From the human T2T-CHM13v2.0 reference genome, Homo sapiens, in assembly GCF_009914755.1 (NCBI RefSeq), contig NC_060936.1: a stretch of DNA of 64,000 nt. The stretch is one strand, 5' to 3'. This document shows, piece by piece, positions 28,295 through 47,325 of the stretch. The position numbers and the translations under genes were made by a program. The notes below the pieces were generated by a model. The model was given only the letters and a program-made list of their open reading frames with translations. It made no database searches and was not told the DNA's origin. Each line of letters opens with the position of its first letter. Position 1 is the first letter of the stretch.

Positions 28295-29174
28295 CTAGTG
28301 CAGGCCTTATTTAACCACAACTAATTTTCACTGTATGTAATATAGTGCTATGCCCTCACTGGGAAATAAATATGTGTTGGTGCTGACAAAGTTGAACAGT
28401 TTGTTCACAGTTATCTCAAATCACATTTAAGACTCAAGAGTAAGAGGCCGGGCGTGGTGGCTCACTCCTGTAGTCACAGCACCTTGGGAGGCCAAGATGG
28501 GCGGATCACCTGAGGTCGGGAATTCGAGACCAACATGGAGAAACCCCGTCTCGACTAAAAAAAAAAAAAAAATACAAAATTAGCCGGGTGTGGTGGCGCA
28601 TGCCTATAATCCCAGCTACTCAGGCTGAGGCAGGAAAATTGCTTGAACCCGGGAGGCGGAGGTTGTGGTGAGCTGAGATTGTGCCATTATACTCCAGCCT
28701 GGGCAACAAGAGTGAAACTCTGGTCCCAAAAAAAAAATAGTTAAGAGTAAACTCTCAAGCCAAGAGATTCTGTTTTAAATGTAGGTGTTTAAAGAAGGTA
28801 TAGGCCAGGTGCAGTGGCTCACGCCTGTAATCCCAGCACTTTGGGAGGCTGAGGCAGGCAGATCACGAGGTCAGGAGATCGAGACCATCCTAGCCAACTT
28901 GGTGAAACCCCGTCTCTACTAAAAATACAAAAAATAATTAGCCAGGCGTGGTGGCATGCGCCTGTAGTCCCAGGCTGAGGCACAGGAATCGCTTGAACCC
29001 AGGAGGTGGAGATTGGAGGTTGCAGTGAGCTGAGATTGTGCCACTGCACTCCAGCCTGGCGACAGAGCGTGACTCTGTCTCAAAAAAAAAAAGAGAAGTA
29101 TAAAGAGATATAATATTACTTTCCTGTTTTTGATTCTGTTTACAGCAAAGTAATAAAATTATTTTTGGTACACC

Positions 29175-29753
<579 letters not shown>

Positions 29754-30092
29754 TAGTACAATACACAGAGATTAATACAAAAAAAAAAAAAAAGATTGAG
29801 CTTCCAGAGCCCCACACTGGAGATAGCTCCATACACTTCTTTAGGAAAGCTGCCCCTCCAAAACCTCAGGATAAGAGCAGTTGCAGAGTCATTGCCTTGA
29901 AACCATTTTTTCTACAAAGAGAAATGCTGGATGATGTAGAATAATTTTAAAAAAAACCTGTCTTCATTGTTGGCTTTCATTCTTCGCTTCTGGTTTACCC
30001 TTTCTGAAATGGAGAAAGTATTCTCCTACTCTACCTTCTACCTCGTAGAGTTGGAGTTCTCAGTACAAAGTAATGATTTTCCCTTTGGACAG

Positions 30093-30264
30093 AACCATGA
30101 CAGTTTGCTCTCAAGGTGGCAGAACAGAACTATGGAAAATCTGGTTGAGCTGCACAACAAGGCCCCCGTCTGGAACAGTGACACTCAGTCCTATGTCCTC
30201 AACTTCCGTGGCCGGGTCACTCAGGCGTCTGTGAAGAACTTCCAGATAGTCCACAAAAATGACC
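30093..30264 (+). CDS. TULP3: TULP3 coding exon 10 (172 nt): [57 protein letters not shown](P)
   Basis: ggacag acceptor, c|gtaagc donor; tubby signature [14 protein letters not shown]. Confidence 0.98.
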
Positions 30265-31289
30265 GTAAGCCTCCAGGAAGGGTTGGGTGGGAAGAGGAGG
30301 ACAGATGCTCTTACAGGATGGGAATGCACATTCCCTGTACATGATAGGAAGTGACAGTCAGCAGATAATCATGGAGGAGAGACAGGATTTCTTTGGAAAG
30401 ATGAAACTACAGTTTTAGAGAAAACTTGTAAATCACTGTGTTGAGGAGGGGAGAGGAGTGTGAGAGAGATGCTATAGCAAATCAGAGAAGTTGGCTGGGC
30501 ACCATGGCTCACGTCTGTAATCCCAGCACTTTGGGAGGCCGAGGTGGGCAGATCGCTTGAGACCAGCCTGGGCAACATGGTGTGAAACCCCATCTCTACA
30601 AAAAATAGAAAAATTAGCTGGGCGTGGTGGCAGGCACTTGTAGTCCCAGCTACCCGGGAGGCTGAGGTGGGAGCATCACTTGAGCCAGGAGGTCGAGGCT
30701 GCAGTGAGCTGAGATTGCATCACTGCTCTCCAGCCTGGGTGACAGCAAGAACCTGTCTCAGAAAAAAATAAAAAATCAGAGAAGTCATAGAGTAGGTTGT
30801 TTGGGAAACAAAGGCAAATGACCCCAATAAAGGTTCCTGGCAGCTCTAGCCTGCGGAGTTTATGACATTCCCAGCAAGCTGCTCTCTATTCTACAGAAAC
30901 CTGGTGATTAACTGGCCTATTTGGAGGATTCTTTCTGTATCATAAATAGGATCCCAGCACTTTGGGAGGCCGAGGCAGGAGAATCACTTGAGCCTAGGTG
31001 TTTGAGACCAGCTTGAGCAACATAGTGAGACCCTATCTTCACAAAAAGTAAAATATTAGCCAGGCGTGGTGGCGCTTGCCTGTAGTCCCAGCTACTCAGG
31101 AGGCTGAGGTGGGAGGATCACTTGAGCCTGGGACGGGAGGTCAAGGCTGCAGTGAGCTGTGGTCATTCCACTAGGCTCCAGCCAGGGCGACAGAGCAAAA
31201 CCCCATCTAAGAAAAGGAAGAAAAAGAAAAAGATTTCCCTGAGTGCAACCACATTATATTCTAACATGTTGATTTCTTTCTGTTTCTAG

Positions 31290-31423
31290 CTGATTATATA
31301 GTCATGCAGTTTGGACGTGTGGCAGATGACGTGTTCACACTGGATTACAACTACCCACTTTGTGCAGTACAGGCCTTTGGCATCGGTCTTTCTAGCTTTG
31401 ACAGTAAGCTGGCGTGTGAATGA
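31290..31423 (+). CDS. TULP3: TULP3 last coding exon 11, canonical 442-aa isoform: (P)[43 protein letters not shown]
   Basis: tgtttctag acceptor; tubby-family C-terminus [10 protein letters not shown]; TGA at 31421-31423. Confidence 0.98.
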
Positions 31424-31511
31424 GAGAACAGTCAGGCAGGGAGCCCTTCTCCCCACAGAGCTTTCAGGAGCAGACAGTGGCCTCCCCTTCCCCTCCCTGC
31501 CCCAGGACTTA

Positions 31512-31907
31512 AAGAGCAATAGTTTGCCCCTTTTGGAATGATCTCTGAATATATAAAACACACACACAAAGAGCAATAGTTTGCCCCTTTTGGAACGACC
31601 CCTGAATATATAAAACACACACACGAAGAGCAATAGTTTGCCCCTTTTGGAACGACCCCTGAATATATAAAACACACACGAAGAGCAATAGTTTGCCCCT
31701 TTTGGAACGACCCCTGAATATATAAAACACACACACGAAGAGCAATAGTTTGCCCCTTTTGGAACGACCCCTGAATATATAAAACACACACGAAGAGCAA
31801 TAGTTTGCCCCTTTTGGAACGACCCCTGAATATATAAAACACACACACGAAGAGCAATAGTTTGCCCCTTTTGGAACGACCCCTGAATATATAAAACACA
31901 CACACAC
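31512..31907 (+). repeat. VNTR/minisatellite: 7 copies of a 55/57-bp unit AAGAGCAATAGTTTGCCCCTTTTGGAACGACCCCTGAATATATAAA(AC)4-5G
   Basis: Unit starts at 31512, 31569, 31626, 31681, 31738, 31793, 31850 (spacings 57,57,55,57,55,57); copies 2-7 differ essentially only in AC number; copy 1 has a few substitutions. Confidence 0.97.
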
Positions 31908-32620
31908 CCCGCGCACTCTCACTCCTTTTCCAGGTTTCATAGACTTGGTGAGGGATCACAGCTTAGCATGGGTGAGAGATGATTTAAAGCACAGGGAGAT
32001 TCTTGTCACATTGGGGTCTCCAAAGCTAGAATGGGATTTCATGTGCTTGGAAACTTGCAGTAGAATCAGGGACTGACATCGCAGTTCCTCTCCTCTCTTC
32101 ATTCCCTCACAGCAGATTGGCCGGCACCAATCTTAGTCAAGAGTGGCTGTGATCACATTTGTGATCAATTATGTGAGAATTTTATATAATTGTCTTCATT
32201 TCAATTAAGGCTGAAAGCATAAACTCTAGAGGTGACTCAGTCAGGACTGACAGTAATGTGATAATTGCCTTCATTTTCAACCCAGGAGTGCCTCTCACAG
32301 CTATATGACTACGGATCCATTAGTGAGGAGCGACACACACACCTGTAGGCATCCTGTGCAAACACTTTGTCATTATCAAGAGAGATGGCAGTATTGACCA
32401 TTTAGTTTAGTTAAAAAAAAAAAAAAAAAGGTGGCAGGAGAGGCTTTGGGGAGGATCAGCCAGCAGACATGAGCACTGCTGGCCCGTGTGGCAGAGCTGT
32501 GGACTTTCTTCTCGGCTCCCTCAACCCTGGCTCAGGCACAGAAGGTGTTTTGCTATGTTTTTTTGATTATTACACCCCTCCACGTATTATGTGACTCTTA
32601 CACCAGTTCACCCTTCCCAG

Positions 32621-32817
32621 AATGTATCCAAACCTTGAGAATGCAGGAGCTCTGTGAGCTCCACCGTCAGCACCATTCAGCTGCATCCCTTGTGCACAGA
32701 ACTGTTTGCCAGCGTTGGGTGGGACACCCGTGGCGGCTGCTCCCTCAGACCTCCCTTCTGTGGACTGACCTCTCACCTCCGCCTGTTGTTCCTGCACCAC
32801 ATCAGATAAGCATGTGA
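32621..32817 (+). CDS. TULP3: TULP3 alternative terminal coding segment (501-aa isoform), joined from the internal donor after 31403: (K)CIQTLRMQELCELHRQHHSAASLVHRTVCQRWVGHPWRLLPQTSLLWTDLSPPPVVPAPHQISM*
   Basis: gaca|gtaagc donor inside exon 11; cccttcccag acceptor at 32620; junction is in frame with ORF 32488..32817; 436+65=501 aa agrees with my recollection of an annotated longer isoform. Confidence 0.8.
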
Positions 32818-33205
32818 AGGAGGGCCAACTGGCAGCTGCGGGACCCTTGGCTTGTCCCCCACCGACAAGTCCCACCTGCTGGGTGAGGACGAGACTGTTT
32901 CCATCTCAGGCATGTATCCCACCAAGTGCCTCCCTCACAGCCATGCCCAGAAGCCTCACACCTCGTCACCACCACCACCCCCCACCCCATCCTGAGGCAC
33001 TGCCTGGCAGATAACCCTGGTTGGCCACAGAAGCTATTAATACACGACAGCATGTGGGGAAGGACTTATGGTGGGCCAGGTGGACCTCATCCTGCTTCTT
33101 CCTCCCTCTGGTTTAAAGAGATATATAAACTAATTTCACATAATTTGTGTGTGCAGGTGATTGGTTTTTACATAAGTCCTATTTATACCTTTTATATGTT
33201 ACAGA

Positions 33206-33211
33206 AATAAA
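33206..33211 (+). terminator. TULP3: TULP3 polyadenylation signal AATAAA
   Basis: Canonical hexamer with U-rich upstream sequence and GU-rich downstream sequence (gtgtc..ttt), just before Alus resume. Confidence 0.85.
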
Positions 33212-34185
33212 AGTTAATTTATATAAAAATGTGTCACTGCCTTTGCAAGTCCTATGCCTCAGGAAGTTCCTACTGTCATGTTATATAATCATAATTGTCA
33301 TCTTGGGCCACGTGCAGTGGCTCACGCCTATAATCCCAGCACTTTGGGAGGTTGTGGCAGGCGGATCACCTGAGGCCAGGAGTTGGAGACCAGCCTGGCC
33401 AACACGGCAAAACCCTATCTCTACTAAAAATACCAAAATTAGCTAGGTGTGGTGGTGCATGTCTGTAATCCCAGCTACTCAGGAGGCTGAGGCATGAGAA
33501 TCACTTGAACCTGGGAGGCTGAGGTTGCAGTGAGCAGAGATCACACCATTGCACGCCACCCTGGGCCACAGAGTGAGACCCTCGCCTCAAAAAAAGAAAA
33601 AAAAATGTTTTGGTAACACATCAGTTCTGTAAAACCAGGTGATTACTAACAAACTTCTCATCCTGATGTAGAGCAGGAATCTGCAGACTAAGAAGGCTGT
33701 GTTCCGGAGGCTACCTAGACACACTATACACATGATAGCCAGGGGCATCTGGACAGAGGACGGGACCGAGAGCTGAGCTTAGCAAGGCCACAGAGGGTAG
33801 AGTGTACATTCTTTGCATGCCTGCCCAGGTCCGCTTCCCAGGTTTGTTCTTGTTGGCATTGTTTACTGGTTCAGCAGCAACACAAATGAACTATCTCATA
33901 GACCCCATCGCTTGCCTCTGAATGTTAACGTTTTGTTTGTTTTTTGAGACGAAGTCTTGCTTTATCACCCAGGCTGGAGTGCAGTGGGCATGACCTCGGC
34001 TCACTGCAACCTCTGCCTCCCAGGTTTCAGCAATTCTCCTGCCTCAGCCTCCTGAGAAGCTGGGACTACAGGCGTGCGCTACTACACCCAGCTAATTTTT
34101 GTATTTTAAGTGGAGAAGAGGTTTCACCATGTTGGCCACGCTGGTCTCGCCTTGGCCTCCAAAAGTGCCGGGATTACAGGCATGA

Positions 34186-34502
<317 letters not shown>

Positions 34503-35179
34503 TGAGTAGCTGGAACTATAGGCATGTGCCACCAAGACTGGCTAATTTTTTGTATTAAAGTACAGACAGGGCTTCACTGTGTTTTTCAGGCTCGAACTCC
34601 TGGGCTGAAGTGAGCCTCCCACCTCGGCCTTACAAAGTGCTAGAATTACAGGCACGAAATACCATGCCCGGCCTTCACATTTTTAAGCTGCCCTATGTTC
34701 AGAAGTTGAAAAAAAATGCTGGGTGTGGTGACTTATGCCCAGCACTTTGGGAGGCCGAGATGGGAGGATCATTTGAGGTCAGGAGTTCCAGACCAGTCTG
34801 GCCAACATGGCAAAACCCTGTCTCTACTAAAAATACAAAAATTACCTGGGTGTGGTGGCGGGTGCCTGTAATCTCAGTTGCTTGGGAGGCTGAGGCAGGA
34901 GAATCACTTGGACTGGGAAGGCAGAGTTTGCAGTGAGCCAAGATTGTGCCACTGCACTCCAGCCTGAATGCGACTCTGTCTCAAAAAAAAAAAAAGTGTC
35001 CACAAAGCTTTCCTAGGCTTTCTGGCTCTTATCAGCATCACAGTGATGAACACATGGAAAGAAGCAAGAAGAGCCTAAAAATCAGGACAAGAGCTGGAGT
35101 CGATTCTTACAACTTGATTTTTCCTTTTTTATTTTTTTAGTCTTCCACATGCACAACATGTATTTTCTTTTTCATATGA

Positions 35180-35519
<340 letters not shown>

Positions 35520-35780
35520 TAGATTCTTTGTGACACAGTTTTGTACACTAGTGATCAGGGACATACTGGTGGGCATTGACATGAAAGATTTCAGCAAGTG
35601 TCAATTACAAGTCTAAAAACAGGCCTGCAAAAGGCTCTTTTTGATCAGTTTAATAGATCATAGAAGAAATGAACTAGCATCAATTCATTTCCTTGAGATC
35701 AGCATTGTAAGTGCAGAAATAAAGTGATGGTTCGACTAAGGCAAAATCTTCCTGGGTTCTGACCCTATTTCTGCCAATGA

Positions 35781-36056
<276 letters not shown>

Positions 36057-37143
36057 TAGCCAGGATGGTTTCGATCTCCTGACCTCATGATCCGCCCGCC
36101 TCGGCCTCCCAAAGTGCTGGGATTACAGGCGTGAGCCACCACGCCCGGCTACATTCTTGAATTACATGTTTCTCCCCACTCATGCTGACAACACTCTGGC
36201 ATTCCCCTGTTTTGAGCTGAACTCACTGGTTACCCCTGGACAGCTTCATGTTCATGGCTCATGTTCATTAGCTCTGTTCATGGCTAAGGACGGCTAGCCT
36301 GAGAGGTGACACAGAGTTCAGGGAAAGCACAGATTGCCTCAGCGAAGGCACCATGGAGAGGAGACCGGAATTGTGGAAGAAACAGGATCGTGCACTGGGA
36401 ACTGTCCTCTTTATTCTACCAAGTACGATTTATTAGCCAAGTTGACATTTGTCGATTTGGTTATAGTAACTCTTACAAGCAATTCTTAAGACACACACAC
36501 AGCTTGCTCCTGAACTCCAGCATGTTGCAAGCTGCGTTTTTCCTCGGCCTCCAGCTCCTGCCCGGGAACTGTCTGCACGTCTAACACCTGCTTCTCTTCA
36601 GTCCACAGCTCTCTCAGCCTGGCCCACGCAGGCCCCAGCCAGGGGCATGCCAAGGACTTGGCAGTTTCTGTGCCACCTCCTGAGACACGTTTCCTGACCA
36701 CTGGCATAGTGGATCATTTTGCCTCCTTTCCTGCTTACGTCTCCTCGTTATCACTGTCGATGGATATGCTTTAAAAGTCTCACAGTCTTTTTTATCAACC
36801 AATAGACTCCCCTCATCCACTAAAAGCTAAGGCTGCCACAAATGAAGGGGTGCAGTGAGAACGGCAGATGGTTCCATGGCGCCACCCACTGTCCAGGAAT
36901 GCATGTTGCAGGTGCGTTAAACGGGCAGACCCCGCACAGGTGAGGAAGTCACCAGGCGAAAACAGCAAGCCGACCACATGACCATGCAGTTACCAAGCAC
37001 CTCGTGTTAGACCATGGCTCTCTTCTGAAAGCCTGAGAACACTAATATTTCTGGAGTTTAGAAACTAGTTAAGGTGCCAGGCGCGGTGGCTCACGCCGAG
37101 GCGGGAGGATGACGAGGTCAGGAGATCGAGACCATCCTGGCTA

Positions 37144-37441
<298 letters not shown>

Positions 37442-37910
37442 CTATATTATCTTTTTTTACTTTGAGGCAGGGTCTCACTCTGTTACCCAGGCTGGAGTGC
37501 AGTGGCATGATCTCACTGCAGTCTTGACCTTCCCAGGCTCAAGTGATCCTTCCATTTCAGCCTCCGGAGCTGCTGGGATACAGGCATACAGGCGTGAGCC
37601 ACCACGCCCAGCTAATTTTTTTTTTTTTTTGTATTCTGTAGAGATGGGGTTTCATCATGTTGCCCAGGCTGGTCTTGAACTCCTGGGCTCAAGCAATCCT
37701 CTCACCTCAGCCTCCCAAAGTGCTGGGGTTACAGGTGTGAGCCATTGTGCCTGGCCATAATTTTTATTAATGTTCTTTAAAAATAAAACAATGAGCTCGA
37801 ATGGTGGCTCGCACCTGTAATCTCAGCACTTTGGAAGGCTAAGGTGGGAGGATTGCTGGAGCCCAGAAGTTCCAGACCAGCCTGGGCAACATAGGGAGAC
37901 CCCATCTCTA

Positions 37911-38093
<183 letters not shown>

Positions 38094-38682
38094 TTAGCCA
38101 CGCACTTATAGAGAATGGCTTATACATGTTTATAAAGCAAATTTAGATGGTTTTTCAGAGACAATAGGAGAGGACAGAAGCACAGCACGGTTTAATCAGG
38201 TTACTCCACACACCAGTGCTAGCCCAGCCCTGATCCTACCTCCCTTTCCTCACTTTGTACCCATCTCTCTTGTTTTTACTTGAAGTAACTGCCTGTACAA
38301 ATATTAGCCCTGATGTTGTTGGAAATTTTTGAAGTATTTCAAATACAAAATGGGCCTCCAAGATTCTTTATAGATGGGCCTTGTCTTTTGGTCCGTCAGG
38401 CCTGAGCCCCAACACGGCTTTGGCCATGACCAAAGCGGGGTAAAGCTGGGGGCTTAGGTGGGGGCAGGCTTTTTCCTGGTCTATCACCAGCCTTTACTAT
38501 ACCTCTTTGGTTTAACATTGGGGCTCTCAAGCCACAGGGTTTAACATCTAGTTAAGCACTTTCTACCTAGATTCTGCCCCTTGTCATGAATCTTAAGTGT
38601 TTCAAGAATAATTATGCAAGGCCGGGCGCGGTGGCTCACGCCTGTAATCCCAGCACTTTGGGAGGCCGAGGCGGGCGGATCA

Positions 38683-39398
<716 letters not shown>

Positions 39399-41057
39399 TT
39401 AGGACAAACCATACCAGGCTAAAGTAGAAAGTGACCTCGAAAAAGGTTTCCTGATTTTTGCCTTTGGTCAGTCGTATGTTGTTCTATATCAGCTATTTTT
39501 TTTTTCTTTTTTCTTTTTTTGAGTCAGAGTCTCGCTCTGTCGCCCAGGCTGGAGGGCAATGGCGCAATCTCGGCTCACTACAAGCTCCGCCTCCCGGGTT
39601 CACGCCATTCTCCTGCCTCAGCCTCTTGAGTAGCTGGGACTACAGGCGCCTGCCACCACGCCCGGCTAATTTTTTTTGTATTTTTTTTAGCAGAGACGGG
39701 GTTTCACCGTGTTAGCCAGGATGGTCTCGATCTCCTGACCTCGTGATCCACCTGCCTCAGCCTCCCAAAGTGCTGGGATTACAGTCGTGAGCCACCGCGC
39801 CCGGCGTATATCAGCTATTCAGAGAGATAGAGGTACATAAATGTAACCTTTGGGCCAGGTGTGGTGGCACACACCAGTAGTATTTCCAGCTACTTGGGAG
39901 GCTGAAGTAGGAGGATTGCTTACGTGTGCTAGGATTGCACCACCGCACTCCAGTCTAGGGATAGAGCAAGACCCTGTCTCAAAAAAACAAAAAAAACAAA
40001 AAACAAACACACACACACATGATTAATGTACAAATTGCCTATCTACAGGGGACTAGTTAAAAACACTAAGGTAAGGCTGGACACAGCTGGCTTATGCCTG
40101 TAATTAATCCCAGTACTCTAGGAGACCCAGGCAGGAGTATTGCTTGAGCCCAGGACTTTGAGACCAGCCTGGGCAATATATCAAGACCCTGTTTCTACAA
40201 AAAAACAAATAAACAAACAAAAAAAAACCACACAACACTTTTTTTTTAAATCAGCCAGGTATGGTGACACATGCCTGTAGTCCCAGCTACTCAGGAGGCT
40301 GAAATGGGAGGATCACTTGAGCTGGGGAGATCGAGACTGCAGTGAGCCATGATCACACCACCGCACTCTAGTCTGGGCAACAGAGAGAGACTCTGCCTCA
40401 AAAAAAAAAAAAAAAGAGGAAAAAGCCCACTAAGGTACTTCCCACAATGGAATACTGTGGAGAATCAACAAGTATGAGGAAGACTGTATTGATTGATGTG
40501 GAAATGTCTGCAGGATCCATTCCGTGAGAAGTAAGCTAAAGAACCACGTATACAGTATGCTTCCTTTTGTGCACAAAGGGTGGGAAATTGCAAGCCCATT
40601 ATTATTTTTGCATAAACACTGAAAAACTGGAAACTAAAAAGTGGGTTAACTATAGGAGCAGGACAGGGCACAGGAAGGCAAGACAGATGTGGGAGGAATC
40701 CTTTTCTTTTTTTTTTTCTTGAGACAGTCTTACTTTGTCACCCAGGGTGGAGTGCAGTGGCACAATCACGACTCACTGCAGCCTTGACCTCCTGGGTCCC
40801 AGTGATCCTCCTGCCTCAGCCTCCTGTGTAGATGGGACCAGAGGCACATGCTACCATGCCCCAGTAATTTTTGTTGTTGTTGTAGAGATGGGGTCTCACT
40901 ATGTTGCCTAGGCTGGTTTCCAACTCCTGGACTCAAGTGATCCTCCCACCTCAGCTTCCCAAAGTGCTGGGATTCTAGGCATCCACCATCATGCCTGGCC
41001 AGGAGGAATCATTAAAAAAGAAGTTTTAAACCATATGAAATTACTACTATTAAATAA

Positions 41058-41375
<318 letters not shown>

Positions 41376-41407
41376 TGAGAATGGTTTCGTTTTGCTGACC
41401 AGACTGA

Positions 41408-41527
<120 letters not shown>

Positions 41528-41684
41528 TAATGTCATCTTAATCCTCTTCTTTCTCATTCTTCACACTTAGTAACTCCCATAAGTTTACACGTTTACACTT
41601 GCTTTCTCCCACAGTCCCACATTTTTTTGCAAGCTCTGCAAGTGTTATCCAGTTGTTGCTGGGCATCTCCCGCTGAGATGGTGC

Positions 41685-42407
<723 letters not shown>

Positions 42408-42810
42408 TAGCAGCCTGAGAGGCAGACATCATGACTCCTCTGTTTTCCACACATTCAATAAATGTGGAGTGAAAAAATGAGTGATGAGGAACCGAGGCTC
42501 ACTTAGTAGGTGGCCAAGCTGGAATTTAAACTCTGACTGTTTAACGGCCCGACAAGGTCATCGCACACAACTTAGTGCACTCTCATTTTCAGAATATTTT
42601 ATCAAACAGGATTACTGAAGATGAAGATTTTAGCTGAGCGAGATTGGAGAAAGCCTTTCCTTCCTTTTGACTTTTTTTCAGGAAGCTCCTGGATAGCTGA
42701 GGATAAGACCCCGTAGGAACTTCACCCTGCTTGAGAATTGTGCAGAGAAGGCTTCCACCTCTGTGCAATGGAAACCTGTTGTTTGTTTCAGTTTGGAAAT
42801 ATAAATACAC

Positions 42811-43554
<744 letters not shown>

Positions 43555-43590
43555 TGAATAGTATGCTTATCAAATTATTGACTACTTTTA

Positions 43591-43848
<258 letters not shown>

Positions 43849-43983
43849 TCATGAGGTCAAGAGATCGAGACCATCCTGGCCAACATGGTGAAACCCGTCT
43901 CTACTAAAAATACAAAATTTAGCTGGGCGTGATGGCGAGAGCCTGTAATCCCAGAACTTTGGGAGGCCAAGGCAGGTGGATCA

Positions 43984-44196
<213 letters not shown>

Positions 44197-44275
44197 TCAA
44201 AGAAACAAAACAGGCTGGACGCGGTGGCTTACGCCTGGAATCCCAGCACTTTGGGAGGCCGAGACGGGCAGATCA

Positions 44276-44554
<279 letters not shown>

Positions 44555-45045
44555 TCAAAGCACAAAATGAAGTTCAGCTGATGTCAAGTGAACATTCTCT
44601 TAAGGAAAAAAGTAAATAAAAGTATAGGATGGGCCGGGTGCAGTGGCTCACACCTGTAATCCTAGGACTTTGGGAGGCCAAGGTGGGCGGATCACTTGAG
44701 GCCAGGAGTTCAAGACCAGCCTGGCCAAGATGGCAAAACCTCATCTCTACTAAAAAAAAAAAACATAAATAAATAAATAAATATAGGATGGAGAGGTTAA
44801 AAAAGAAAAAGCACCTGAGTCACAGCTGACCAGCAGGAGTCATTGCATAATACTTTCCAAGGTATGGGGAGCAGCTTTGGGGAAATCTCCAAAGCAAGAT
44901 GTGGCCCGGCACAGTGGCTCACACCAGTAATCCCAACACTTAGGAGGTCCAAGGCAGGAAGATGGCTTGAGGCCAGGAGTTTGAGACCAGCTTGAGCATA
45001 TAGGGCAATCTTGTCTTTACAAAGAAAAATTTTTTTAATTAGTCA

Positions 45046-45231
<186 letters not shown>

Positions 45232-45797
45232 CTAGGAAACAATCTCTCTTTACTCTGTCAGTTTCCTATTAGGCCATTCAATCCAGCTGTCAGTTGTTTG
45301 TTTGTTTGGTGGGAATGGTTTGATTTACTGGGGAAAAAAGTTTCTAGAGTTGTAAACTGGCAGTCAGCAATAGTTGAAACAAATATGTAGGATAATGAGT
45401 GGATCGATAAGAAGTCTAGAAGACTTACATGGTGGCGTTTACTCAGAACCTATTCATTGAGTTCTTCTAATCCTATATAATCTCTTTGCTACCACCACCA
45501 GCTTTATTGAGGTATAGTTAACAAATAAAAATTGTATATATTTATGGTGTACAATGTGCATTTTTTTTTTTTGAGACGAAGTCTCGCTCTGTCGCCCAGG
45601 CTGGAGGGCAGTGGCACAATCTCGGCTCACTCTGCCTCCTGGGTTCCATGGTTGGCCACGCTAGTCTCGAACTCCTGACCTCAGATGATCTGCCCACCTT
45701 GGCCTCCCAAAGTGCTAGGATTACAGACTTGAGCCACCGTGCCTGGCCACATTTTTTTTTTTTGAGACGGAGCCTTGCTCTGTCGCCAGGGCTGTAG

Positions 45798-46246
<449 letters not shown>

Positions 46247-46248
46247 TA

Positions 46249-46362
<114 letters not shown>

Positions 46363-46364
46363 TT

Positions 46365-46458
46365 AATGGAAGACTTCACGAATTTGTGAGCTCGGGGCCA
46401 TGCTAATCTTCTCTGTATCAGTATCCAATTTTAGTATATGTGCTGCCCAGGCAAGCAC
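46365..46458 (-). pseudogene. U6 snRNA retropseudogene with internal deletion
   Basis: Reverse complement gtgcttgcctgggcagcacatatactaaaattggatactgatacagagaagattagcatggcccc-gagctca-caaattcgtgaagtcttccatt matches U6; poly(A) tail appears as the T run 46341-46364. Confidence 0.95.
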
Positions 46459-46776
46459 CACAATGTGATATTTTCATATGTGTAAAGGGTTTTGTTTTTT
46501 AAAGATGTGGAGAAATTAGGGAAGGGTTAGATATATAGTTCTAGTCACATTTGTCCCTGATTATAAACTACAAGTTTGTTACAGAAAATAAAGAATAGGA
46601 GGCCGGGCGCTGTGGCTCACGCCTGTAATCCCAGCACTTTGGGAGGCCGAGGCGGGTGGATCACGAGGTCAGGAGATTGAGACCATCCTGGCTAACAAGA
46701 TGAAACCCCGTCTCTACTAAAAAATACAAAAAATCAGCCCGGCGTTGTGGCGGGCGCCTGTAGTCCCAGCTACTCA

Positions 46777-47325
<549 letters not shown>

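Larger units (their letters stand above)
31424..33235 (+). other. TULP3: TULP3 3' UTR of the canonical isoform (end approximate)
   Basis: Alu-free stretch from the stop codon to AATAAA at 33206. Confidence 0.8.

Noticed and set aside
31549-31896. Seven TATATAAAA boxes as an internal promoter
   Set aside because: Simply part of the VNTR unit; no other promoter evidence visible in sequence
31512-31907. CRISPR-like regularly spaced repeats
   Set aside because: Units are contiguous with no unique spacers (only AC number varies), there are no cas genes, and the DNA is eukaryotic; it is a minisatellite
31286-31959. Three overlapping minus-strand ORFs (143-205 aa) of repetitive peptides
   Set aside because: The VNTR unit happens to lack minus-strand stops, so all frames stay open; peptides are frame-shifted permutations of one unit, with no promoter or splice support
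32413-32429. A-run in the TULP3 3' UTR as an apparent early poly(A) site
   Set aside because: Genomic A-tract with no canonical upstream hexamer; 3' ends here would be oligo-dT internal priming
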